From Candidatus Heimdallarchaeum aukensis (GTDB lineage Archaea > Asgardarchaeota > Heimdallarchaeia > Heimdallarchaeales > Heimdallarchaeaceae): a stretch of 64,000 bases of DNA. The stretch is from NCBI GenBank assembly GCA_021513695.1, contig CP084166.1, positions 1,376,001 to 1,440,000 of the forward strand, given 5' to 3'. The notes beneath the pieces are model-generated. The model did no database searches. It was not told the DNA's origin and was given only the letters and a program-made list of their open reading frames with translations. Every line of letters begins with the position of its first letter. The stretch's first letter is position 1. The position numbers were made by a program, and so were the translations under genes. Shown one piece after another: positions 9,932 through 19,176 of the stretch.

Positions 9932-10591
9932 CTAAAAAATACGAGAACTATGGGTATTACAGACAGGCGTAAATACATCTTCCACAATTCCATTATGTTC
10001 ATACTTCCAATTGTTTAGAAACTTTGCTTCTTTTCCACAGATATAACATTTTCTTGGCCTGTCAAGTGGTTTTCTAATCCTTGATTTTCTATTCCAATAA
10101 ACTTGAAATTCTTCTACTTTCTTTGTAAATTTATCTAACATTTTCTGTGCATTTTCTGATTCATTTGGTTTCACACCGGTAGTAAAAACAATCCAGCTCC
10201 ATACAACGATTGTTAAGATATTTTTGAAAGATTTAATTGGAATCTTTGTAAAACCACTGATCATTATTTCCCTATATGTATCATGAACTCTGAAGTCAAG
10301 CCTTACTTCTTTTTTGGTATATTGATCACCAAAATCTAAATCATATTTTTCTTTAATTCGGATTAGTCTTTTACCAATTTCAGAAAACAACCAATCAACA
10401 GTATTCCAGCTTCCTTTTCTTTTTAATTCCAAGAACTTTATTCTAACATTTGGGTAAGATATCGAAATAAACAGTTCATTTACAGCACTGTTAGCCTTTC
10501 TTACCAAGTATTCGTAAATTCCTACCGGGAATTCTAGTGATTTTTCTAGGTGCACTGGAATCACTCTAGAATTAGAACACGTTTTTTTCAC
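9932..10591 (-). CDS. Hypothetical protein with a C-terminal Cys/His zinc-binding motif
   Basis: 219 aa. The C-terminal motif is 'CYICGKEAKF...HNG...CNTHS'. It has no P-loop. It lies 77 nt upstream of the roadblock gene on the same strand. Confidence 0.35.
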   Translation of the reverse strand: MKKTCSNSRVIPVHLEKSLEFPVGIYEYLVRKANSAVNELFISISYPNVRIKFLELKRKGSWNTVDWLFSEIGKRLIRIKEKYDLDFGDQYTKKEVRLDFRVHDTYREIMISGFTKIPIKSFKNILTIVVWSWIVFTTGVKPNESENAQKMLDKFTKKVEEFQVYWNRKSRIRKPLDRPRKCYICGKEAKFLNNWKYEHNGIVEDVFTPVCNTHSSRIF

Positions 10592-10701
10592 CTATAAATC
10601 TTATCCTTTTAAGATTTCATTGTTTGAGAAAATATTTTTTATTAAAAAATAAAAATTCTACAAGTTTATATAATCATACCTATTTAGAATTTTAGATTTG
10701 C

Positions 10702-12861
10702 TTGAATGAAGAAAACCTAGATTTTTGTCCTAATTGTGGAAAGATACTTGTAATAAAAAATAACAAAGCTTTTTGTTCCAAATGCAGAATTAGAATCAAA
10801 ATTAGCTCAACAAACTCAGATAATGTGACAATAGAACAAGACAGTTTTAGTAATTATCAAAAAAGAAGGGAACAAAAAAAGAAAGACAGAAAGTTAAAAG
10901 ACCTCAAAAAAGACATAACAGGACAGAGTTTACAAGAATGGGAGAAATTTTTTCCATATGAAACTATTAGAGCACAACAAAAGACGATTATATCAAGTAT
11001 CTCTAATGCCATTAATGAAAAAAAGCACATACTTATTCAAGCTGTAAATGGAGTAGGAAAAACAATTTCACTACTTACTGGAGTTTTACCTACTGCTAAA
11101 AAACAAAAAAAAGTTGTTATATATACTTGCAGAACACACGAACAGATGGACAGAGTTGCTGAAGAATTAAAGAATATCCGCTTATTTCAAAAAATAAGTG
11201 CTATCACTTTAAGAGGAAGAAAAGAATTATGTCCAAATAAACTTATCCAAAAATTTGCAGTTGATGCAAAAAATACTGCTGAAATTTGTGCTCAATTAAA
11301 AAAAGAAGGTAAATGCAAATTTTTTAATAATCTCTCAAATAGCGCCTTAATTTCTAAACTTATAAAAGATCTTGAAGTAAGTGTATTAGACAGCACAGAC
11401 TTATGGGAAATAGGTGAAACATTCGAAATATGTCCCTATGAAATAAGTAAAAAATTATTGCTAAAAGCTGATGTAGTTGCAACTAGCTATCAATATATAT
11501 TTAATCCCTTTATCTTCAACACGTTTCTTTCTCACTTAGAAAAAAATTTTGATGATATAATCCTTATAATTGATGAAGCCCACAATTTACCCTCTACAGC
11601 AATTGAAATCAGTAGTGAAAGTTTATCTTCTATTGCTATAGAGAATGCTATGTCTGAAGCAGCAAAGGCAAGAGAAGGATTTCTATATGACTTTTTGGAA
11701 GCTTTAAATTTTGAGCTAGAGAGAAGATCAAAGGAACTAAGACCAGAAGTGGATTTACCCTACAACCCAATTGATTTGCTTGAAAAAGTAAGAAAAAGAT
11801 CAAGGATTAGATGTGATGAAACGGTAATAGAATCATTAGAATTACTTGCTGACAAAATAAAAGAAGAGAAACTGAAAAGGAACAAAGCTCCTTTATCTTC
11901 AGCATCTTCTGTAGCACGTTTCCTTGGACACTTATTAGACTCAATTGATAAAGATGAATATGCTCAATTTATTTCAGTTATAGAAGGAAGAAGGAGAGAT
12001 CGCATCCCTACATTTACAACTTTAGCTTTAGACCCTAGAGTTATCACAAAAAGAATCCTTCAAAACGTTTATTTCACTATTTCCGCGTCTGGTACTCTAG
12101 AACCAATTGAATCGTATCAATCCTTAATTGGTGTTGAAAAAAAGGGATCTGAAGTTTTAATTCTTGATTCTCCTTATACGACCGAAAATATTCAATCTCT
12201 TGTGATTAATGGAGTTTCTACAAAGTTAAGTTTTAGAACCCCTGAAAATTTTAAGAAAATGAATGAGATAATTGAAGCAGTAGTAAATGCCACACCTAAA
12301 AATATAGGTATATTTTGTGCTTCATATAAGGTTCTAGAAAGCCTTCTTGAAAATGGATTAGAAGAGAGAATATCCAAACCCTTGTTCATCACATACCAAG
12401 GCATGAGTTCTAGAGACAGTTTCAGCGTAATTAATTCATTTAAAGATGAAGGAAAGTTTGAAGGAGGAGTCTTACTTTCTGTATTAGGTGGGAGAAGTTC
12501 TGAAGGTTCTGATTATCCTGCTGAAATGATGCAAAGTGTGATTATTGTAGGTATTCCTTTTGCTAAACCTAACGCTAAAATTGAAGCTTCAATTCAGTAT
12601 TTAGAAAAACAATTTCCTGGAAAAGGAAGAGAATATGGGTATACCATACCAGCAATGACCAGAGCAGCACAAGCGGCCGGAAGGCCTATTAGGAGTTTAA
12701 AAGATATCGCTTCAATAATTTTAATGGATTATCGATTTGGCATAGACTATTATAGAAAGCATCTTCCATCATGGATTACAGGAAATATTAGAATAGTTCC
12801 TGCAGATAAAGACATTGTAGAAGAAAGAGTAAAAGAATTCTTTGATTACCACTTCAAATAA
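10702..12861 (+). CDS. xpd: XPD/Rad3-family 5'-3' DNA helicase (FeS helicase) with an N-terminal zinc ribbon and a Lys-rich linker
   Basis: 719 aa. Walker A is 'AVNGVGKTIS' and the DEAH box is 'LIIDEAHNL'. The four Cys of the FeS domain sit at CRTHEQ, LCPNK, CAQLKKEGKCKF and CPYE. The N-terminus has CPNCG...CSKCR. The apparent start is TTG, because an in-frame stop lies 9 nt upstream. Confidence 0.88.
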   Translation: MNEENLDFCPNCGKILVIKNNKAFCSKCRIRIKISSTNSDNVTIEQDSFSNYQKRREQKKKDRKLKDLKKDITGQSLQEWEKFFPYETIRAQQKTIISSISNAINEKKHILIQAVNGVGKTISLLTGVLPTAKKQKKVVIYTCRTHEQMDRVAEELKNIRLFQKISAITLRGRKELCPNKLIQKFAVDAKNTAEICAQLKKEGKCKFFNNLSNSALISKLIKDLEVSVLDSTDLWEIGETFEICPYEISKKLLLKADVVATSYQYIFNPFIFNTFLSHLEKNFDDIILIIDEAHNLPSTAIEISSESLSSIAIENAMSEAAKAREGFLYDFLEALNFELERRSKELRPEVDLPYNPIDLLEKVRKRSRIRCDETVIESLELLADKIKEEKLKRNKAPLSSASSVARFLGHLLDSIDKDEYAQFISVIEGRRRDRIPTFTTLALDPRVITKRILQNVYFTISASGTLEPIESYQSLIGVEKKGSEVLILDSPYTTENIQSLVINGVSTKLSFRTPENFKKMNEIIEAVVNATPKNIGIFCASYKVLESLLENGLEERISKPLFITYQGMSSRDSFSVINSFKDEGKFEGGVLLSVLGGRSSEGSDYPAEMMQSVIIVGIPFAKPNAKIEASIQYLEKQFPGKGREYGYTIPAMTRAAQAAGRPIRSLKDIASIILMDYRFGIDYYRKHLPSWITGNIRIVPADKDIVEERVKEFFDYHFK

Positions 12862-12901
12862 TTGAGAAACGCTTTTATTACTTATTTTTGTTTTTTAAAC
12901 A

Positions 12902-13360
12902 ATGAAAGCAATTTTTGAAATTAAAAATAAATCAGAGAAACAAGTTCTTTTGGATTTAGAAGAGCTTTCTGAAAAATATAACAGTTCTGTAAAAAAGGAA
13001 GATCAAGGAGAAGGACACTTTATTCTTACAGAATCAAAACTTCAAATTGTAGAAAGAGTTGAAGGTGATCAAATAATAGTTCAAGTCTGGGGAGCTTCAG
13101 AAGGAGACATTCAAGAGCTTTCAAATTACTGGGGACAACCAAAAAAGCTGATAAAAGAAAAACCATCACCTAACGATTTAGCTAAAGAGATAATATATAT
13201 TCCAAATATAACTGAAATGAAGAAAAATGAGTTGTTAGAATTGTTAGAAATAAGTGAGAAAGACTTGGATAAATATAAAAGATTAATTGACAGATTAGCA
13301 CAAAGAAAAAACGTAAGCGATGAATTAAAGAAAGCAAATGAGATACTAAAAAAATTCTAA
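12902..13360 (+). CDS. Hypothetical protein
   Basis: 152-aa ORF that is charged and helical, with no recognisable motif. Confidence 0.35.
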   Translation: MKAIFEIKNKSEKQVLLDLEELSEKYNSSVKKEDQGEGHFILTESKLQIVERVEGDQIIVQVWGASEGDIQELSNYWGQPKKLIKEKPSPNDLAKEIIYIPNITEMKKNELLELLEISEKDLDKYKRLIDRLAQRKNVSDELKKANEILKKF

Positions 13361-13423
13361 TATTTGGTGTAAATTCATTCAAAATTAGTAGATAAGCTAG
13401 ACTTATTTATAGGAAAAACTTAA

Positions 13424-15493
13424 TTGTCTATTATGGGCAAGAAAATATTTTCAATAATAATTGTTCTTTTACTGGTAATACCTTTTTCCAGTTTAAGTAA
13501 TATTTCAAATTCTCAAGCAGAAAATAAAACAGTAAAAAGTTATTTTGAGCAAGCAATAACAACTACTACATTTAAAGGAGAAACAAATATTACAACTTTA
13601 ATAGGACCTGATTATGCCTATGATGTTATTATTAACTCATTAAAACGAGCTCAAACTTCATTTTATTTAGAAGTTTATACTTTATCCAGCGAACCACTTG
13701 TAAATGAGCTCATTAGAGCAAAAGAAAGAGGAGTAGAAGTAATTGTTTTACTTTCTCACGATAGAGTAAGCGGATATGAAGATGAGTATACTAAAGAAGC
13801 TGCTTACAGATTAGATAATGCAGGAATTGACGTATTATGGACAAGCAGCGAATTCCGTTTTACTCATGCCAAATTCTGGATAGTTGACAGTGAAACAGTC
13901 TTTGTTTATTCTGGAAATTGGGCTCCATCTAGTATCCCACAATATCCTTCAGCTTATAAAAATAGAGAAATGGGTTTTGCAATTACTGATACTGAAATTG
14001 CAGCCTACTATGAAGATGTATTTTTCGATGATATGGCTGCATCAACACCCTATGATCCTTCTATTGGTCATACAGGAAATCTTCAAGCAAATTCAACTAG
14101 CGGATCATATGAACATCCTTTTAATTCTGCCATTTTTATCGAATATGCAGAAGTTACACCTATTTTCTCTCCTGATAACAGTTATGCGCTTCTCTCATCA
14201 CTAATCAAATCAGCCAATGTATCAATTGATATAGAAATGCAATATATTCTATTTGACTGTGAGCTTCTACAAGACATTATAGATGCATCACAAAGAGGTG
14301 TCGCAATAAGAGTAATAATTAACAAACCAGACTCATCAGGAGAAAATGTTACAGAAACTTTGCTTACTAATGGCATTCAAGTCAAATTTTTCAAAGGATT
14401 GAGTCATAACCATAACAAATATGTTAGCGTCGATGGAGAGATTGTACAAATTTCAAGTATTAATTGGTCTAACAACTCACTTACCAATAATAGAGAAGCA
14501 GGAGCTATAATCAAAAATTCAAATGTAGCAGAATATTTCAAGCAAATTTTTGATTATGATTGGAATAAAGGTGAAACACCAGAAGGTTTTGCAGTTCCAG
14601 TTGCATTAATTGATCCTCTCCCAGGAGGGATAGTTAAAGGTACATATGATTTCAAAGCTTCTTTCTCAGTTTATAATTATTCTTCCGCAGAACTTCAGAT
14701 TGATGGTTCTACAGCTCATTCTTGGACGAATCCCGAAAACATTGAAACAGTATCAATAGATACATCATCTTATTCAGACGGAATTCACACTGTAAAGATT
14801 ATAGCTACAAAAGATGACGATAGTACAGTTGAAATAGAAGAGAAAATCAATATTATCAACGTAGACGAATGGTTATTATTAATTAGCGAAGTAAGATATG
14901 ATGCAGTTTCTGAACCAGGTGGAGAATTTGTAGAGTTATACAATGCCTTTGATTTTTCTCTATACTTGCAAAATTGGAAATTTACAGATAATGAAGGAGA
15001 ATATAAAATGTCTGAAGGCACTATGATTACTTCTGGACAAGTTTTAATTTTCGCAAGTGATAGCAGTGCTTTTGTTTCCGAAATGGCAGACTTAGGAATT
15101 TCTGGTGTATCTGCAGATTTTGGGCTAGGAGATATATCTCTTGCTAATACAGGAGATGAAATTTTACTAGTGTCTCCAGATGGTGAGGTAAGAGATGCTG
15201 TTTCATGGGGATCAGGAAGTGCTTCTGGAGTCATTGCATGGAGTGGTTCAACAGGAGAGGATAAAACTCTTCAGAGAGTACCAGCCAATGAAGATACTGA
15301 TGATTGTACAAATGATTTTCAGGCTAAAGCCCCTACTCCAGGAGAAGTAGATTTAGATTCAATAAATACAGAAACAGGAGCAAACACAGACGACACAGAG
15401 CCAGAATTTACAAGTTTCAATTTCCTATACGTCATTTTTGGTATAATTTCTCTAACTGCTTTAAGTAGTATTTTTAAAAGAATAAGAAAATAG
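13424..15493 (+). CDS. Secreted phospholipase D-family (HKD) phosphodiesterase/nuclease fused to a lamin-tail domain (LTD), with a C-terminal TM anchor
   Basis: 689 aa. It has a signal peptide (IIVLLLVIPFSSLS). There are two HKD motifs, 'FTHAKFWIVDSE' and 'SHNHNKYVSVDGE'. The LTD signature is 'LLISEVRYDAVSEPGGEFVELYNAFDFSLYLQNWKFTDNEGEY'. A C-terminal hydrophobic segment is followed by KRIRK. Confidence 0.75.
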   Translation: MSIMGKKIFSIIIVLLLVIPFSSLSNISNSQAENKTVKSYFEQAITTTTFKGETNITTLIGPDYAYDVIINSLKRAQTSFYLEVYTLSSEPLVNELIRAKERGVEVIVLLSHDRVSGYEDEYTKEAAYRLDNAGIDVLWTSSEFRFTHAKFWIVDSETVFVYSGNWAPSSIPQYPSAYKNREMGFAITDTEIAAYYEDVFFDDMAASTPYDPSIGHTGNLQANSTSGSYEHPFNSAIFIEYAEVTPIFSPDNSYALLSSLIKSANVSIDIEMQYILFDCELLQDIIDASQRGVAIRVIINKPDSSGENVTETLLTNGIQVKFFKGLSHNHNKYVSVDGEIVQISSINWSNNSLTNNREAGAIIKNSNVAEYFKQIFDYDWNKGETPEGFAVPVALIDPLPGGIVKGTYDFKASFSVYNYSSAELQIDGSTAHSWTNPENIETVSIDTSSYSDGIHTVKIIATKDDDSTVEIEEKINIINVDEWLLLISEVRYDAVSEPGGEFVELYNAFDFSLYLQNWKFTDNEGEYKMSEGTMITSGQVLIFASDSSAFVSEMADLGISGVSADFGLGDISLANTGDEILLVSPDGEVRDAVSWGSGSASGVIAWSGSTGEDKTLQRVPANEDTDDCTNDFQAKAPTPGEVDLDSINTETGANTDDTEPEFTSFNFLYVIFGIISLTALSSIFKRIRK

Positions 15494-15599
15494 CATCTTT
15501 TTCTTATTTTTTCTATTTTTAGGCACTTTATTATTAGGTAAAAACTATTGATAAAACTGATACTGAGTTTAAATAGTAAAATACCATAATGTAAATGAT

Positions 15600-16745
15600 A
15601 TGGTTTTGTTTCTTAACGAAGGGCCAATAATAACTAAAAATGAGCGGGAATTTAACTATATTATCTTATATATGGATTTAGATGCCTTTTATGCATCTGT
15701 TGAAATTAGAGACAAACCATTTTTAAAAGGAAAACCTGTAATCATTGGGGGAAATCCTGAAACAAAGAGAGGTGTCGTTTCTACTTGTTCCTATGAAGCA
15801 AGAAAATTTGGTATTCACTCTGGTATGCCAATAAACAAGGCTCTAGAGCTATGTCCTGATGTAATTATTCTAAGAGGTAATTTTCAACTATATTCTCAAG
15901 TTTCAAAGAATATAATGGAGATTTTAGAGAGGTATGCTTCTACTTTGAAAGTTTCAAGTATAGATGAAGCATACATTGATATTACTGATGTAGTTGAAAA
16001 TTATGAGGAAGCAAAGCTTCTTGCAATTGACATCAAAGATGAGATCTATTCAATTGAGAAAATCACTTGTTCTATTGGAATTGCACCTAATAAAATTTTA
16101 GCAAAAATCGCATCAGATGTAAATAAACCCAATGGATTAACTATAGTAAAACCTTCTAAAGTTAAAGATTTCCTAGCGCCCTTAGATATTACAAAAATTC
16201 CGGGAGTTGGTAAAAAATCAAAACAATATTTTGATAAATTAAACATTAAAACTTGTGGTGATTTAGCAAGAACTCCATATTATAAAATATTCCATTCTTT
16301 TGGTAATCATGGCTTAAAACTTTGGAAACTAGTAAATGGATATAACACAGAATCAACTGAAAAAAAGTTTGAAAAAAGAGAAAGAAAATCAATTAGTAAA
16401 GAGCAAACCTTTTTTGAAACTAAAAAAAGTTGGCAAGAAATAGAAATAGAAATCAAAAAAGCAACTGAAAAAATTGTACAAAAAGCTAAAGAAAGAAGGA
16501 TGCAGTTTCGTACAGTTTCTTTAAAAATCAGAGATAGGAAATTTAATACTTCAATCAGGAGTTATTCATTAAATTGTTATTCTGTAAAGGAGAATGATGT
16601 CTATCTAGCAATTGAGAAACTACTTATCCCATTCAAAGAGAAATATCTCCCAAAGGATATTAGGCTTATAGGAGTAAAAATTAGCAATTTAATTAAAATT
16701 CCAGATGAGCAAAAAAATCTATCACAATTTTTTAATAATGTTTAG
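15600..16745 (+). CDS. dinB: Y-family DNA polymerase IV (DinB/Dbh/Dpo4-like). The true start may be the internal Met at 15672 (MDLDAFYAS..).
   Basis: It contains 'MDLDAFYASVEIRDKPFLKGKPVIIGG' and 'SIDEAYIDIT' (the catalytic D/E). It has the HhH 'KIPGVGKK' motif and a little-finger C-terminus. Confidence 0.85.
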   Translation: MVLFLNEGPIITKNEREFNYIILYMDLDAFYASVEIRDKPFLKGKPVIIGGNPETKRGVVSTCSYEARKFGIHSGMPINKALELCPDVIILRGNFQLYSQVSKNIMEILERYASTLKVSSIDEAYIDITDVVENYEEAKLLAIDIKDEIYSIEKITCSIGIAPNKILAKIASDVNKPNGLTIVKPSKVKDFLAPLDITKIPGVGKKSKQYFDKLNIKTCGDLARTPYYKIFHSFGNHGLKLWKLVNGYNTESTEKKFEKRERKSISKEQTFFETKKSWQEIEIEIKKATEKIVQKAKERRMQFRTVSLKIRDRKFNTSIRSYSLNCYSVKENDVYLAIEKLLIPFKEKYLPKDIRLIGVKISNLIKIPDEQKNLSQFFNNV

Positions 16746-16775
16746 AATATTCATTTTTGGAAAACGCTGATATCA

Positions 16776-18173
16776 ATGTCCTCATTTTACGGTACGATTG
16801 AAGAAGAACTACCTGAATGGTATATTTTTCGAAAACCAGAAGATTTTGAAATTGATGTTAAAAAATGGTATGAATATGCTGAAAAAAGGATAGAGAAATT
16901 TGTTAATTCAGAACAAGAATTATGGTTGTTGTACAGAACAACATGGATGACAGAAGAGCAGTGGAGAGAAGTAATTGAAGAAGAAATAGGAGGACATTAT
17001 CTTCTTAGGTTAGCAGTATCTAGAAATCTCAGATTAACTTCGTGGTTAGTAGAGATTGAAGCAGATCTATTTGAGTTTCGTTTTGTTAACAGTATAACAT
17101 TTGAAGAGAAAATTAGCGTGTTGAAACATTTATATGGAGAAGATAATCTTCTAACAATTCAAGAATTAAACTTTCTTTTAAAAGAGAATAACATCCTTCT
17201 AAAATTTGGATTAGTGGAAACAGGAACAAGAAAAGTACAATACACTTCAAGAAGAAGAACCACTAAAAAGAGAGGAGGAGATCTTGAGAGATATATTGCT
17301 GTAAAATTCGACAAAATCCCAAAGGTTGTTGGAGCTAGAAAAGCTCTTCTTTACAAAGGTTGGGCAATTGTAAAAATTGCAGATATACGGTTATCAACTA
17401 AAAGAATATTTGAGAACAAACTTAGAGATATAATTAAACGCTCTGTAGAGTTTTTAGATAAGGACCCTGTTTTAGAAAATACTATTGAACCAATCAGGAA
17501 AAAAATAGAAGAAATTGCAGCAAAATCGAGTAGAAAAGCTTTTTCTGACATGGACTTTTTTAAAGATGAAAAAATGGCCCAGAGAATAGATTGTTATCCA
17601 CCTTGTATATATGAATTATTAACTAATCTCCAATCTAAAGGACATCTTGCTCACATGGAAAATTGGCAACTAGGAACTTTCCTAAAAAAAGTAGGAATGT
17701 CGATTGAGGAACAGAAACAGTTTTGGTACAAAAATTCAATAGATAATGTTGGCCAATCTTATGAAGAATTTGAAAAGAAAGTAGGATATCAAATTGAACA
17801 TATTTATGGTCTAGCAGGAGGGGGAGTAGATTACGAACCTCCAAAATGTCAAACATGCATTGATGGATATTTTTGTTTCTTTGCCCATGAAAGTATTGAG
17901 GAAATATCTAAATCTATGTCTTTACGTTTCTCAAGCATTCCAGAAGATAAGTTAATTAAAACAATAGATAAAATAACCCATTTAGTTGTTAGCGGAAGAT
18001 ATCAAGAAGCTTGTTCAGAGTATTTTAAGTTGCACACTGGGGGATTAATAGGGAGAAGAGTTAACCATATGTTAATGTATACTAAACGTGCTTACGAAAT
18101 TTTGTACGGGAAAAATAAGAAAAAAGAAGTGCTGAAAGAGGAGAGAAAAGCAGATGAAGCAAGTTTTGACTAA
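16776..18173 (+). CDS. priL: DNA primase large subunit PriL
   Basis: 465 aa. The C-terminal FeS domain has the Cys cluster 'CYPPCIYELL ... CQTCIDGYFC' and conserved 'HLAHMENWQLGTFLKK'. Confidence 0.82.
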   Translation: MSSFYGTIEEELPEWYIFRKPEDFEIDVKKWYEYAEKRIEKFVNSEQELWLLYRTTWMTEEQWREVIEEEIGGHYLLRLAVSRNLRLTSWLVEIEADLFEFRFVNSITFEEKISVLKHLYGEDNLLTIQELNFLLKENNILLKFGLVETGTRKVQYTSRRRTTKKRGGDLERYIAVKFDKIPKVVGARKALLYKGWAIVKIADIRLSTKRIFENKLRDIIKRSVEFLDKDPVLENTIEPIRKKIEEIAAKSSRKAFSDMDFFKDEKMAQRIDCYPPCIYELLTNLQSKGHLAHMENWQLGTFLKKVGMSIEEQKQFWYKNSIDNVGQSYEEFEKKVGYQIEHIYGLAGGGVDYEPPKCQTCIDGYFCFFAHESIEEISKSMSLRFSSIPEDKLIKTIDKITHLVVSGRYQEACSEYFKLHTGGLIGRRVNHMLMYTKRAYEILYGKNKKKEVLKEERKADEASFD

Positions 18174-19167
18174 GAAGCATATCAGTGAGTACTACGAAAA
18201 TCATTTTGATATTGATTCTATTATGCCTTATATAGGACTATCAGACTTTAGAAACAGAGAATTTGGTTTTGTCATTGAAGAAAGCAATAGAGAACGCTTT
18301 ATTAGAAACATTTCTTTCGGCACTAGTACTACCTTAAAAGAGTACATGGTTTCAAATAATGTTAAACACGCTTATATTGGAGCAGTTTATGATAAACCCC
18401 CATCAAATAGAAATCCTATAGGAAAAATCAAATGGGTGAGAAGAGAACTCATTTTTGATCTAGACATTGACGAATATGATGAAGTTCGAACTTGCGGGTG
18501 CAAAGGAGATGAATATTGTATTGATTGCTGGTCTCTCATTCAAGATGCTGTAATATTCATTGAAAAAACGATGAGAGAAGATTTTGGAATGCAACAAATA
18601 AAATGGATATATTCAGGTAGGAGAGGAGTTCATGGATGGATTTTAGATAGAGAGACACAATTCTATGACCAACAAGTAAGAATTGCTATACTAAACTATC
18701 TTACGTTTGTCCAAGGTAAATCTTCAGGAGAAAAGGTAGATAGAATTGATACGCTTCCTACGGAGGCAAAACCTTTGAGAAATAGAATCTATTCATTAAT
18801 TGGTAGATCTTATTTGAGCCATGTTTCTCCAGAAGAATTATATGAGATAAGCAAGGAAACAGATGCTAAAATGACTAAAAAGAGTTTAGAAACGATTATT
18901 AAGAGAGTAAAGATGAGCAAAGAATTTGATTTTAATTCTTACAGTAGGATTATGCCACCAAACAATAATTTTAGAGAGAGATTATCTCAAGAAATGATTT
19001 ATAGACGATTCCCAAGAATTGACAGAAAAGTTACAATGGATACTAGAAGAGTAAGTAGAATGCCCTATTCAATACACGGAAAAACAGGAAAAATAGCTGT
19101 AGAAATAGATGACATATTAAAATTTGATCCTTTCAATTCTCCTAGTGTTTGGGAATATGTAAAATAA
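18154..19167 (+). CDS. priS: DNA primase small catalytic subunit PriS
   Basis: 337 aa. Conserved 'ELIFDLDIDEYDEV' (catalytic Asp), the 'CGC..C..C' zinc knuckle, and 'RVSRMPYSIHGKTGK'. It overlaps the priL stop by 20 nt. GGAGAG sits 9 nt upstream. Confidence 0.85.
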   Translation: MKQVLTKKHISEYYENHFDIDSIMPYIGLSDFRNREFGFVIEESNRERFIRNISFGTSTTLKEYMVSNNVKHAYIGAVYDKPPSNRNPIGKIKWVRRELIFDLDIDEYDEVRTCGCKGDEYCIDCWSLIQDAVIFIEKTMREDFGMQQIKWIYSGRRGVHGWILDRETQFYDQQVRIAILNYLTFVQGKSSGEKVDRIDTLPTEAKPLRNRIYSLIGRSYLSHVSPEELYEISKETDAKMTKKSLETIIKRVKMSKEFDFNSYSRIMPPNNNFRERLSQEMIYRRFPRIDRKVTMDTRRVSRMPYSIHGKTGKIAVEIDDILKFDPFNSPSVWEYVK

Positions 19168-19176
19168 AAAAATAAA

